A DNA stretch of 64,000 bases from Alphaproteobacteria bacterium. GTDB lineage: Bacteria > Pseudomonadota > Alphaproteobacteria > JAGOMX01. Where the stretch lies: positions 4,103 through 68,102 of the forward strand of contig JBGSQK010000018.1 in assembly GCA_041738135.1 (NCBI GenBank), given 5' to 3'. Both the position numbers and the translations under genes were made by a program. This document shows positions 29,470 through 39,826 of this stretch, one piece after another. How positions within the stretch are numbered: position 1 is the first letter of the stretch; each line of letters opens with the position of its first letter. Below the pieces are notes generated by a model. It saw only the letters and a list, made by a program, of their open reading frames with translations, was not told where the DNA came from and did not search any database.

Positions 29470-30150
29470 ATGAAGAGGAATTTTGCAATGGACAATCGAG
29501 TAGATGAGCTTCTCCATGATGTTGAGGAACAACTGAAGTGGGAGCGCTTTGAGAAAATTTGGAAAGACTATGGTGTTTTCTTTATTGCCGGCATCTTGGC
29601 AATCATATTAGGCGTTGCCGGTTATGTATACTGGGATTACGCCAGTCTTAAAAACCAGGAAGAGCTGTCCGAAAAATATACGTCAGCAATTACGTTGCTT
29701 GGTAAAGACCAACAAACGGAAGCTTTAGAAAAGCTCAAGGTTCTATCTGAGGATAGCAGTAGCTATGGCATGATGGCTCGCTTTGTAAGCGCATCCGTTT
29801 TGGTTGATAATCCACAAACCCGCCCACAGGCTGTGGCAATCTACCGCGACATCATTGCCAACAAGTCTATTGATCGTAAATACCGCAATCTGGCAATTGT
29901 TTTCTTGGTAATGGCGGAAATGGATTCTGGCGATACCAAGGAATTGGCTAAGTTGTTGCAAGAAACATCCACTGGCATCAATATGTGGCCAGACACCACA
30001 GCTGAACTGACAGCATTAGTTGCACTCAAAAATGGTGAAATCGAACAAGCAAGATCCATATTTGAGGAACTGAAAAAGAGTGAACATGCTACACAAGGTG
30101 TTCAGCTGCGCGCAAAAGCTATGCTGCAAACACTACCGCCAACAAAATAA
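29470..30150 (+). CDS. YfgM-like TPR membrane protein
   Basis: 226 aa with a single N-terminal TM helix followed by TPR-like helices. It sits immediately upstream of bamB-der as in many proteobacteria. Confidence 0.5.
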   Translation: MKRNFAMDNRVDELLHDVEEQLKWERFEKIWKDYGVFFIAGILAIILGVAGYVYWDYASLKNQEELSEKYTSAITLLGKDQQTEALEKLKVLSEDSSSYGMMARFVSASVLVDNPQTRPQAVAIYRDIIANKSIDRKYRNLAIVFLVMAEMDSGDTKELAKLLQETSTGINMWPDTTAELTALVALKNGEIEQARSIFEELKKSEHATQGVQLRAKAMLQTLPPTK

Positions 30151-30160
30151 GAGGATTACT

Positions 30161-31489
30161 ATGAAGCGTTATATGGTTCTGATGTTGCTTCCTTTTCTGG
30201 TTACGGGCTGTGACAAGCTAGAGGAAATGGGGATTGCTAAATCTAAAAAAGAAATCCCTGTTAAAGGCAAGCGCGAAACTGTTTTATTGACAGATGATGT
30301 GGCAATCCTTAAACCAGACAAGGACGCTGGGCCTGTAGTATTGCCTGCAGCAGAACAAATCAAAGAGTGGCACCAAGCCGGACATAATGCATCCCATGCT
30401 ATGCCGCACGCGCAGGCTGCGGCTGAGCTGAACCTTTTGTGGGAATCAAAACTGGGCATAAAATCAGCGTCGAATCAAAGATTGCTTTGTGAACCAATCG
30501 TTGCTGAAAATCTGATTATATTTTACACACCAGACAGCTATGTAAGAGCGTACGATGTGGATACGGGTAAGTTCAATTGGGCTATATTCATCAAGCCGGA
30601 AAAGAAGCAAGACGCAATTCTCGGCGGCGGCGTTGCATACAATGATGGTAAATTATTTGTGACCACACCTTTTGCTGAATTGTTTGCGCTGGACATCAAA
30701 GCAGGCAAGCCTCTGTGGATGGCCAAAACCAATAGCCCCTTAAGAAGTGCGCCTACAGTAGCAGGCGGAAGAGTATACGTGGTGTCTCTTAACAACGAAA
30801 TGCACGCCTATGCGGAAGATACAGGGCAATTACTGTGGACCCACGCTGGTTTAAGTGAATCTGCGGGTCTTCTTGGTGGATGTACGCCTTCCGTTCATCA
30901 AAACGTTGTGGTTGCGCCTTATTCTTCTGGCGAAGTTTTTGCACTTCAAGCTGAAAATGGTTTGCAGTTGTGGACCGATAGCTTGGCGTCAGCTCACCGA
31001 ACAGATTCTTTTGCCGGCATGCCTCATATTCGTGCTAAACCTGTCATTAAGGATGGCATTGCCTATGTGGTCAGCCAAGCAGGACGCTCTTCTGCCTATG
31101 ACTTACGAACCGGTGATGTGCTATGGCAGCATGAATTCGGGGGAGCACAAACGCCAATGGTGGTGGGTGACTCATTGTTTATGCTGACCAACGAAAACCA
31201 GATCGTTTGTTTAGACGCGAAAAAAGGCTTGATTCGCTGGGCAAAAGAATTACCCACGTGGCAAGACGAAGCGAAGAATAAAGGACGCATTGTTTGGAAC
31301 GGTCCCGTACTTGCTGGATCAAGGCTATACCTAGTTGCATCCTATGGAACCTTATTAGCGCTGGACGCAACCACAGGCGAAAAAACAGCTGAGCATAGAA
31401 TTCCGGGCAAATATCTGTTGGCGCCGGTAGTGGCAGATGGAGTTGTCTACGTAATAAATGAGGCTGGGACTTTCAGTGCATTTAAATAA
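30161..31489 (+). CDS. bamB: outer membrane protein assembly factor BamB (PQQ-repeat beta-propeller lipoprotein)
   Basis: Lipobox LVTGC and repeated PQQ-like blades (GKxxW motifs). The yfgM-bamB-der order is conserved. Confidence 0.75.
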   Translation: MKRYMVLMLLPFLVTGCDKLEEMGIAKSKKEIPVKGKRETVLLTDDVAILKPDKDAGPVVLPAAEQIKEWHQAGHNASHAMPHAQAAAELNLLWESKLGIKSASNQRLLCEPIVAENLIIFYTPDSYVRAYDVDTGKFNWAIFIKPEKKQDAILGGGVAYNDGKLFVTTPFAELFALDIKAGKPLWMAKTNSPLRSAPTVAGGRVYVVSLNNEMHAYAEDTGQLLWTHAGLSESAGLLGGCTPSVHQNVVVAPYSSGEVFALQAENGLQLWTDSLASAHRTDSFAGMPHIRAKPVIKDGIAYVVSQAGRSSAYDLRTGDVLWQHEFGGAQTPMVVGDSLFMLTNENQIVCLDAKKGLIRWAKELPTWQDEAKNKGRIVWNGPVLAGSRLYLVASYGTLLALDATTGEKTAEHRIPGKYLLAPVVADGVVYVINEAGTFSAFK

Positions 31490-31576
31490 GACTACTAGCG
31501 TTATCAACTAGTACATGCAATCCCCGGCTCAGGGCAGGGGAGAGACGGCGTGGTTTAGGGTTTGGAGTTATGATTT

Positions 31577-32923
31577 ATGAGTAAGAAAGTTGCAATTATC
31601 GGCCGCCCCAATGTGGGCAAATCCACATTGTTCAACCGCCTCGTGGGTAAACGTTTAGCGCTGGTCCATGACTTACCGGGTGTGACCCGCGATCGGCGTG
31701 AGCACCCAGCAAAGCTAGGCGACTTGCGTTTCAATATAGTGGATACGGCCGGCCTTGATGAAGGTGAAGAAGATGAGCTATCCCTTGCCATCCATGTGCA
31801 AACCAAGCGCGCCTTGGATGATTGTGATATCCTAATCTTTGTCATTGATGCCATTGCAGGCGTTACACCATTGGATGAGCACTATGCCCATATGGTCCGC
31901 CGCATGCGTAAACCCGTCATCCTGCTACTTAATAAGGCAGAGCGCGGCCAAATTCATAACGTCATAGGCGAAGCAGCAGGCTTGGGTCTGGGTGAAGCCA
32001 TCGCTATTTCCGCCGAACACGGTGAAGGACTGGCAGATCTGTATCAAGCATTGCAACCTTTACTTGGTGACGAAGCCATTGATGACGGCATTGAAAAAGT
32101 TTTTGAAGACGAACGCGCCCCGTTACAACTGGCCATTGTTGGCCGCCCCAATGTGGGAAAATCCACACTGATCAACAAACTCATCAAAGAAGACAGACTG
32201 CTCACAGCAGATATGCCCGGCGTAACCCGGGATTCTATTACAGTTGATTGGGAATACAACGGTCGAAAAATGAAGTTGGTTGATACGGCAGGTATCCGCA
32301 GGCGCAGTAAAATTGAATCCCAGCTGGAAAAGCTATCCGTACAGGATGCCTTGCATTCCGTAGATTTTGCGCACGTGGTTGTATTGGTACTGGATCACGA
32401 AACCCCCATGTCCAAACAAGACGCCATTATCGCCAACAAAGTGATTGATGAAGGACGCGTCCTGCTCATCGCCATCAACAAATGGGATCTGGTGCCAGAT
32501 AAGGAAGAATATTTAAAAGAAGTGCAATACAAGCTATCGCACATTCTGCCCCAAATAAAAGGGGTGCCATGCATCCCCATTTCGGCCAAAATGGGTAAAA
32601 ACTTACCCAAACTGTTGGACGAAGTATTTAATATGTACGACATCTGGAACCAACGTATTCCCACAGCCAAACTCAACAAATGGCTCGAAGAAACCATTGC
32701 CTTCCACCCGCCACCTGTTTCAGGCCGCAGTCGTATCAAGTTCAAATACATGACCCAAATTAAAACCCGCCCCCCCACATTCGTCCTGTTCGTGAGTAAA
32801 CCCACAGAGGTACCCGACAGCTATATGCGCTACCTGCAAAATGTGTTACGAGCAGATTTCGGTTTACCTGGTGTGCCGTTAAGAATTCAAGTGAAAGCTC
32901 AGGACAATCCTTACGTGGATTAG
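31577..32923 (+). CDS. der: ribosome-associated GTPase Der (EngA)
   Basis: Two tandem GTPase domains (GRPNVGKSTL appears twice) and a C-terminal KH-like domain. 448 aa. Confidence 0.9.
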   Translation: MSKKVAIIGRPNVGKSTLFNRLVGKRLALVHDLPGVTRDRREHPAKLGDLRFNIVDTAGLDEGEEDELSLAIHVQTKRALDDCDILIFVIDAIAGVTPLDEHYAHMVRRMRKPVILLLNKAERGQIHNVIGEAAGLGLGEAIAISAEHGEGLADLYQALQPLLGDEAIDDGIEKVFEDERAPLQLAIVGRPNVGKSTLINKLIKEDRLLTADMPGVTRDSITVDWEYNGRKMKLVDTAGIRRRSKIESQLEKLSVQDALHSVDFAHVVVLVLDHETPMSKQDAIIANKVIDEGRVLLIAINKWDLVPDKEEYLKEVQYKLSHILPQIKGVPCIPISAKMGKNLPKLLDEVFNMYDIWNQRIPTAKLNKWLEETIAFHPPPVSGRSRIKFKYMTQIKTRPPTFVLFVSKPTEVPDSYMRYLQNVLRADFGLPGVPLRIQVKAQDNPYVD

Positions 32924-33120
32924 GCTGTTCTTATATGCTCATAGGGTCTTAGATTGTATTCGTTTCCATTGACATTGACGCAAGTTAATTGGCTTCTACA
33001 AAAGCTTGTGACAGATCACAAACTAGGTGTTGAATTGATCAGTCTGAGGTGTTAAACTACAAAAATTGTCGATAAATTGACCTTGCGTGACAAAAGATGT
33101 CGCCTCCAAACTAGTTTTAT

Positions 33121-34614
33121 GTGGTTAAGGAACAAAAAATGATCTCGAATTCATTCCCGGAGGTTTTTCTGTCGAGCAAAGATGTCGCAAGTAAGATAGC
33201 TCGTGAACTCAAGAAGGGCAACGTTAGAAAGATTGGTCCTCGTTTATATACAACGAATCTAAAGGATTCTCCTGAATATATTATTAAGAAAAATTTATGG
33301 GCGATTGTTTCACTGTATTTTCCAGATGGGCTCATAGCTGACCGTACGGCCCTGGAGAATGCGCCCGGCAGAGATGGATCTGTATTCTTAATCTCTAAAA
33401 GAGAACGAGTCGTTGAGCTTCCTGGCTATACCCTTAAACCAAGAAGCGGAGCATCTGCCCTGGATAGTGATTACCCTTTTATCGGGAATCTTAAAATCAG
33501 TTCTCAAGCGCGGGCCATCTTGGAAAATATGCGCATGTCGCGAGAGCATACAGGAAAAGTCTCAAGGACGCTCTCTCAAAAAGAAATTGAAGAAAGACTT
33601 GAGGGTATATTGGTTGGAGGTAGCGAAAAGGCGCTAAATAAACTAAGGGAAGAAGCTAGACCACTATCTGTAAGCCTTCATTTAGAGAACGAATTCCGTA
33701 AGCTTGAATTGCTCATAGGTGCGCTTTTGGGAACAAAAGATGCAGAGCTAGAGTCTGATGCCGCCATTGCTCGCACACAAGGACAGCCTTATGATCCCAG
33801 AAGAGTAGATCTTTTTCAGGTTCTTTATGCGGATTTAAAAAAAATGACCCCGCAGAATAGGTTACGTTTGAACCCATCTGATCAGGCAATAACAAATCTT
33901 GCATTTTATGAGGCATATTTCTCGAACTTCATTGAAGGTACGGAATTTGAGGTAACAGAGGCTAGTGACATCATTTTTAATGGCCGCATATTTGCGGAAA
34001 GACCTGAGGATGCTCATGACATTTTAGGCACCTATCAGATCGTTTCGTCAATGAAAAAAATGTCAAAGTCTTACGCGCACTTTGATGAGTTTATACACCT
34101 TCTTAAAGTTAGGCATTCACAGGTCATGTCAAGCAGACTAGACAAAAAACCAGGAGAATTTAAGGATAAAATTAATAGGGCAGGAGCCACGACTTTTGTT
34201 GATCCGAATCTGGTTACTGGTACCCTTCTAAAAGGCTTTGAACTGATGAGAAGCCTCGAGGCTCCCTTTCAAAGGGCAGTCTTTGCAATGTTTATTATAG
34301 GAGAAGTTCATCCATTTCTGGACGGAAACGGCCGGTTATCCAGGATCATGATGAACTGCGAGTTGGTAAAGGGTAATGAATATCCGATCATCATTCCTAT
34401 CATATATCGCAACAATTATTTGTCTGCATTAAAGGCCTTGAGCCATAATTCTCTCTGCGAACCCCTCATAAGGACAATGGATTTCGCTCAGAAGTACGTT
34501 TCCTCAATTGACTGGTCTGATTTTGAAATCGCTACTGCTCAATTGACAAGGACAAACGCATTTGTTGATCCTCATACGGCAGATATGGAAGGAATCCGTT
34601 TACGCATAGAATAG
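33121..34614 (+). CDS. Fic/DOC family protein (putative AMPylase)
   Basis: The canonical Fic motif HPFLDGNGRLSR lies about 100 aa from the C-terminus of a 497-aa protein. The long N-terminal region was not recognised. Confidence 0.75.
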   Translation: MVKEQKMISNSFPEVFLSSKDVASKIARELKKGNVRKIGPRLYTTNLKDSPEYIIKKNLWAIVSLYFPDGLIADRTALENAPGRDGSVFLISKRERVVELPGYTLKPRSGASALDSDYPFIGNLKISSQARAILENMRMSREHTGKVSRTLSQKEIEERLEGILVGGSEKALNKLREEARPLSVSLHLENEFRKLELLIGALLGTKDAELESDAAIARTQGQPYDPRRVDLFQVLYADLKKMTPQNRLRLNPSDQAITNLAFYEAYFSNFIEGTEFEVTEASDIIFNGRIFAERPEDAHDILGTYQIVSSMKKMSKSYAHFDEFIHLLKVRHSQVMSSRLDKKPGEFKDKINRAGATTFVDPNLVTGTLLKGFELMRSLEAPFQRAVFAMFIIGEVHPFLDGNGRLSRIMMNCELVKGNEYPIIIPIIYRNNYLSALKALSHNSLCEPLIRTMDFAQKYVSSIDWSDFEIATAQLTRTNAFVDPHTADMEGIRLRIE

Positions 34615-34722
34615 AAGGGCTTGGGCTAGTTTTAATGATGAACTCCCCATTCATTTCCGCAAACATAAAAATAATGGAGTGGGTTAATCTAAACCTTGAG
34701 ATTTTGTCTATTTTAGGGATCC

Positions 34723-35256
34723 TCAAAACCGATACCCATACCTCAAACCTAAGTCCGTAAGGCCTGGGTTATACTTAGCCAAAGACGCATTAGACGTATG
34801 ATCCAGGTAAATGGAAATTGAATGCTGCGCTGCCACTTGAACGCCTAAACTGATACTCTCATGAAACATAACTTTAGCACCGATGGCTTTTTTACGTGAG
34901 CTAGCGGTATTTGTTCGGCCCGTGTTATATTCACCGCCAAAACCGCCCTCTAAAAACAGGTATTGCAGGAAATCATACCGCCATGTGAGGCCTGCGTAGA
35001 ATTGATTTGTTCCGCCTTCGGTGTTGATACTGAATCCCAAATGTGGCCGGGGGGAGTAGAGAAACAGAAAAACTTCGTTTTTAGGGCTTGCCCATAACAG
35101 CTCCGCATTGACGTCATATCCTTTTTCGTCCCGCCTGCAAAGGTCGAATCCTTTGATGTCGTGTTTCAGATACCCGAGTCTAATTTCTTCAGGTACAAAA
35201 CTGGCCTGTAGGCCACCGATTGTGAAAAAGCTAAGCAGAGCAAGGATACGGATCAT
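34723..35256 (-). CDS. PagL-like lipid A 3-O-deacylase family outer membrane protein
   Basis: 177 aa with a signal peptide. The H..SN catalytic pair in LDHTSNAS is present. The C-terminus LGLRYGYRF ends in an aromatic residue, typical of OM beta-barrels. Confidence 0.5.
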   Translation of the reverse strand: MIRILALLSFFTIGGLQASFVPEEIRLGYLKHDIKGFDLCRRDEKGYDVNAELLWASPKNEVFLFLYSPRPHLGFSINTEGGTNQFYAGLTWRYDFLQYLFLEGGFGGEYNTGRTNTASSRKKAIGAKVMFHESISLGVQVAAQHSISIYLDHTSNASLAKYNPGLTDLGLRYGYRF

Positions 35257-35594
35257 TTTTCTTCTTATTCTAAAAATCCCTCATGGACTGTTGCACAGCT
35301 TGCCCCAGAATGCACGAAATTTTTTTATGTGTGTAAAACAACCTTTTGTCAAAAACATCTCATTTTTGCACGTATGATATCTTGACCAAATCGTCTAGAA
35401 TTTATACTCTGGAGAAACGGGTGGGTGACGCTCCGATAATGTGTCACTAGGAATTGTAAAGTCTTCATTGTGTTTATGTGCAGACTGTGTGATTCTGGGT
35501 CAATTCCCAATAAAAACAACATATTAAATATATGCCGGAAGACGTGGCTGCGACAAGTGTCGTTAGTCAATAGGGGATTCTCCCCTCAAAATTT

Positions 35595-37490
35595 GTGCAA
35601 CAAGAGTCCAGGAATCTGGATGGAGACGGAAGACAGATGTTAAATACGGTGCAACTACAAGGCGGCTCTCCAGTGACGACTAATCGTAGTCGTGACGAAC
35701 TTATCACGGCGTATGGTAAGGCAACCCTTGAAGATCGATATCTGATGCCCGGCGAGTCTTATCAAGACCTCTTCGCTCGCGTTGCCAGTTATTATGGCGA
35801 CAACACGGCGCATGCACAGCGTATTTATGATTATATGAGCCAGTTATGGTTCATGCCGGCCACACCTATTCTCACCAATGGCGGCACTAGCCGTGGTCTG
35901 CCCATCTCATGCTTCCTCAACGAGGCACAAGACAGCTTAGAAGGCATCGTGAACATTTGGACAGAAAACGTTTGGCTAGCAGCCAGAGGTGGCGGTATTG
36001 GCAGTTATTGGGGCAATTTGCGTTCCATCGGTGAAAAGATTTCGGCCAACGGCAAGACCAGCGGCGTGATTCCATTCATTCGCGTGATGGATACGTTGAC
36101 GTTGGCCATCAGCCAGGGATCTTTGCGTCGTGGCAATGCGGCTGTTTACCTGCCCATCTCACATCCTGAAATTGAAGAATTTATCGAGCTACGCAGGCCA
36201 ACGGGCGGCGATCCCAACCGTAAGACTCCTAACTTACACCACGGGGTGTTGGTCTCGGACGCCTTTATGCGGGCGGTGGAAAATAACGAAGAGTGGGCGC
36301 TGACCAGTCCTAAGGACAATGTGGTCATACGTACCGTATCGGCTCGTGCCTTGTGGATAAGGCTTTTAACTGCTCGTGTGGAAACCGGTGAGCCTTACAT
36401 CATCTTCATAGATCATGTGAACAGAGCCATTCCGGAGCACCATAAGCTTGCAGGTCTACCTGTGAAAATGTCGAACCTGTGCAGCGAAATCACCCTTCCC
36501 ACCGGCATCGACCATTTAGGTAAGATGCGCACAGCCGTTTGTTGTTTGTCGTCCGTAAACCTAGAGTACTATCACCAGTGGAAGGGCAACACGGAGTTCC
36601 TGGAAGACATCATGCGCTTCCTCGATAACGTTTTGGAAGATTTCATCAACAAGGCGCCAGACTCTATGGCCAACGCCAAGTATTCCGCCATGCGTGAGCG
36701 CAGCGTGGGCTTGGGTGTGATGGGTTTCCATTCGTTCTTACAGGCAAGCAATATTCCTTTTGAGTCCGTCATGGCCAAGGTTTGGAACAAGCAGATGTTC
36801 CAGCACATTCAAAAAGGTGTGGATGCGGCGTCAAAGGTTCTTGCCAAAGAACGCGGATCTTGTCCGGATGCGGCTGATTTTGGCTTTGAAGAGCGTTTTT
36901 CCAATAAGACGGCCATTGCGCCAACCGCATCCATCTCGACTCTTTGTGGCGGAGCATCGCCAGGCATTGAGCCCATTGCGGCCAACAGCTACACGCATAA
37001 GACCTTGTCCGGCTCGTTCAACGTGAGAAACAAACATCTGGAAGCCACCCTAGAGAAATATGGTCGTAACGATGAAGATTCATGGTCTTCCGTGACGGTT
37101 AACAATGGCTCCGTTCAGCATTTGGACTTTTTGAGTGATGATGAAAAGGACATCTTTAAGACAGCCCTTGAGATTGATCAGCGCTGGGTGGTAGAGCATG
37201 CGGCCGACAGGACGCCTTATATCAGTCAAGCACAGTCGCTGAACGTCTTTATCCCATCGGACATTCACAAGCGAGACTTGCATCAAATCCATTTCCAAGC
37301 TTGGAAAAAGGGTGTAAAGAGCATGTACTACTTGCGATCAAAATCAGTGCAGCGCGCTGAAATCGTTGCAAGTCAAAGCAGAAGCATGGGTAAGACCGAA
37401 GAGGAAGTTCCGAAGAGCAATACAGATGTGACTTTTGTACCCATGGCATCTAGCCAAACAGATTATGAGGAGTGTCTAGCATGTCAATAA
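35595..37490 (+). CDS. nrdA: ribonucleoside-diphosphate reductase alpha subunit (class I)
   Basis: Active-site region NLCSEITLPT is present, with a C-terminal Cys pair (ECLACQ). The protein is short (631 aa), probably lacking or shortened in the ATP-cone. The true start may be the downstream Met. Confidence 0.8.
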   Translation: MQQESRNLDGDGRQMLNTVQLQGGSPVTTNRSRDELITAYGKATLEDRYLMPGESYQDLFARVASYYGDNTAHAQRIYDYMSQLWFMPATPILTNGGTSRGLPISCFLNEAQDSLEGIVNIWTENVWLAARGGGIGSYWGNLRSIGEKISANGKTSGVIPFIRVMDTLTLAISQGSLRRGNAAVYLPISHPEIEEFIELRRPTGGDPNRKTPNLHHGVLVSDAFMRAVENNEEWALTSPKDNVVIRTVSARALWIRLLTARVETGEPYIIFIDHVNRAIPEHHKLAGLPVKMSNLCSEITLPTGIDHLGKMRTAVCCLSSVNLEYYHQWKGNTEFLEDIMRFLDNVLEDFINKAPDSMANAKYSAMRERSVGLGVMGFHSFLQASNIPFESVMAKVWNKQMFQHIQKGVDAASKVLAKERGSCPDAADFGFEERFSNKTAIAPTASISTLCGGASPGIEPIAANSYTHKTLSGSFNVRNKHLEATLEKYGRNDEDSWSSVTVNNGSVQHLDFLSDDEKDIFKTALEIDQRWVVEHAADRTPYISQAQSLNVFIPSDIHKRDLHQIHFQAWKKGVKSMYYLRSKSVQRAEIVASQSRSMGKTEEEVPKSNTDVTFVPMASSQTDYEECLACQ

Positions 37491-38464
37491 ATACAAAAAA
37501 ACTAACGCTTTTGGATGAACATCACGTATACAAACCATTCCGCTATCCCTGGTGTTATGATGCTTGGCTGACACAGCAACAGATCCATTGGCTACCCGAA
37601 GAAGTACCTTTGGCCGATGACGTGCAATGCTGGCATAACAAGCTGTCGCCTTCTGAGCGCAACTTGCTAACACAAATCTTCAGGTTCTTTACCCAAGCAG
37701 ATATTGAGGTGAACAACTGTTACATGAAGCATTACTCCCGTGTTTTCAAGCCAACAGAAGTGCAGATGATGCTGGCAGCCTTTTCCAATATGGAAACCAT
37801 CCATATTGCGGCGTACTCGCATCTTTTGGACACCATCGGCATGCCCGAGGCTGAATACACAGCCTTCCTTCGTTATAAGGAAATGAAGGATAAGTACGAC
37901 TACATGCAGCAATTCGGCACAGAAACCAAAGCCGATATCGCCAAAACTCTGGCGGTTTTCGGAGCTTTCACCGAAGGCTTGCAACTGTTCGCCAGCTTTG
38001 CGATTTTGATGAACTTCCCGCGCTTTAACAAAATGAAGGGCATGGGACAGATTGTGTCCTGGTCGGTCCGCGACGAGACATTGCATATGCAATCGATCAT
38101 TAAGCTGTTCCACACGTTCTTAAGCGAGAATCCCGGCATTCGAACCAAAGAATTTGAAAACGAGCTCTATGCGGCTTGTAACACCATTATTGAACACGAA
38201 GATGCCTTCATCGATCTGGCCTTTGAAATGGGACCCATTGAAGGCCTCACATCAGAAGAAGTAAAGAAGTACATCCGTTACATCGCCGACAGACGTTTAA
38301 CTCAACTGGAACTACAACCCATTTATCATACCCATAAAAATCCACTACCATGGCTGGATGCTATTTTAAACGGTGTAGAGCACACAAACTTCTTCGAAAA
38401 CCGGGCAACCGAATATTCCAAAGCCGCCACCCGCGGTACATGGGAAGAGGCGTTTGAGGAGTAG
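37472..38464 (+). CDS. nrdB: ribonucleoside-diphosphate reductase beta subunit
   Basis: 330 aa ferritin-like diiron protein. It overlaps the nrdA end. Confidence 0.8.
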   Translation: MSSMSINTKKLTLLDEHHVYKPFRYPWCYDAWLTQQQIHWLPEEVPLADDVQCWHNKLSPSERNLLTQIFRFFTQADIEVNNCYMKHYSRVFKPTEVQMMLAAFSNMETIHIAAYSHLLDTIGMPEAEYTAFLRYKEMKDKYDYMQQFGTETKADIAKTLAVFGAFTEGLQLFASFAILMNFPRFNKMKGMGQIVSWSVRDETLHMQSIIKLFHTFLSENPGIRTKEFENELYAACNTIIEHEDAFIDLAFEMGPIEGLTSEEVKKYIRYIADRRLTQLELQPIYHTHKNPLPWLDAILNGVEHTNFFENRATEYSKAATRGTWEEAFEE

Positions 38465-38504
38465 GGTACTACTATTTACATCGTGTAACTGATACTACAA
38501 CACC

Positions 38505-38640
38505 CCCGTTTCTTCCCGGCCTTGAGCCGGGATCCAGCGCAACAAGTGCTGCGCAGCAGTTCCGAGTAGAATATAAAGAGTCGCTACCGCTCCACTTATT
38601 GTGCTGGACCCCGGCTCAAGGCCGGGGAGGCACGTTGTGT
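38505..38640. repeat. GC-rich nested palindromic element (CCCGGCCTTGAGCCGGG...CCCGGCTCAAGGCCGGG with inner imperfect arms)
   Basis: A 17-bp perfect inverted repeat encloses about 75 nt. Each repeat arm (CCCGGC-CTTGAG-CCGGG) is itself a hairpin. The element lies between convergent nrdB and the kinase gene. Confidence 0.5.
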
Positions 38641-38658
38641 TGATGGTGCGAGTTAATA

Positions 38659-39612
38659 CTAAGAATTAACAACATCCCATTCCACAGCTTTTCGTAACAG
38701 ATCATGCGCATATTTTTGAACCTCTCGGTCGTCCTCGAGAAGCTCGATGTTCAACTCCATGCTGCGAACAATCGGATCTTTTAGCTCTGCGATATCAACC
38801 TCACTGAGTAGTGATTTGCCCTTAATCTGGGTTTCATAGAACAGATAAAAACAGCCATAAAAAATGAGATGGCATCGTTTGAATAAAGCGAGCTTATGGA
38901 TCTCATCTTCTGTAGGCTGTCTTTTAAAATAGCTAGATAGAAAAGTCCTTTCCTGTGACTCATCCATTTCATATGTCATGATAGGGCAAGCTAAATCATA
39001 AAAGGGATCACTTTGACCAGCTGCCTCCCAATCAATTATTCTGATGCCTTCTCTAGTAAAAAGTATGTTGTTAGGATTGAGATCATTATGACAAGGCTTA
39101 AGTATGGAAAGATCTCTCATTTCATGTTCTATTTTATGAAAGACCTTGATGGCTTGCCCTACAATTGAGGGCCTGTGGACTTTAAGATTTTGAATCACAC
39201 CCATTGTTATATCTAAAATGGAATGCGTTCGGTTAAAGACGGGACCTTCATGAATCTTGCGTATGGATTCAGCCAATAATTTTAGGTTTTCATAAGAAAG
39301 GGGAACAAGCTCAGAAAGTAGTGGCGAATCCAGGTAATCTGTAACTATTATCCCATCATCATAATTCTCATAAAGAATTTTGGGTGCAATATCCCTTTGC
39401 GCAGCGATGTTCATAGCCAAACGCTCATCTTGACGTTCTTTCAAATCACAGACATGTCTGAATTTAAAAACATAAGATTTCTCTTTAACCGTTACTTTAT
39501 AGACTTTTATTGAAGTAAGTCCGGCATACAATGTTTCCATATAATCAGCTTGATCCACACCAAAATGTGTAATCAATAAGGAATTGATAAGATTTATATG
39601 CTCGTTTAACAC
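38659..39612 (-). CDS. phosphotransferase (APH/choline-kinase-like) family protein
   Basis: Brenner motif CHNDLNPNNILF and the IIDWE motif are present. 317 aa. Confidence 0.6.
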   Translation of the reverse strand: MLNEHINLINSLLITHFGVDQADYMETLYAGLTSIKVYKVTVKEKSYVFKFRHVCDLKERQDERLAMNIAAQRDIAPKILYENYDDGIIVTDYLDSPLLSELVPLSYENLKLLAESIRKIHEGPVFNRTHSILDITMGVIQNLKVHRPSIVGQAIKVFHKIEHEMRDLSILKPCHNDLNPNNILFTREGIRIIDWEAAGQSDPFYDLACPIMTYEMDESQERTFLSSYFKRQPTEDEIHKLALFKRCHLIFYGCFYLFYETQIKGKSLLSEVDIAELKDPIVRSMELNIELLEDDREVQKYAHDLLRKAVEWDVVNS

Positions 39613-39826
39613 AATGAACCCTCACCGCATTATCATTAATAGAAACAAAAGTTAAACTATTGTCATATCATATGATCTCACAAAAAGATTAATTTATATT
39701 TGATGATTTGTTGATAAGAATTTATTTCTAAGTTCAAAACTTCTCATCACAAAATACACCAGACTGTAGTATAGTGGAGATAGAACATTCTGTAGGCCAT
39801 AGGTTTATTGTTATAGGAAAACATAG

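Noticed and set aside
35257-35594. Possible riboswitch/NrdR box in 340-bp leader upstream of nrdA
   Set aside because: I could not identify a convincing NrdR box pair or B12-riboswitch core by eye, so it is left unannotated.
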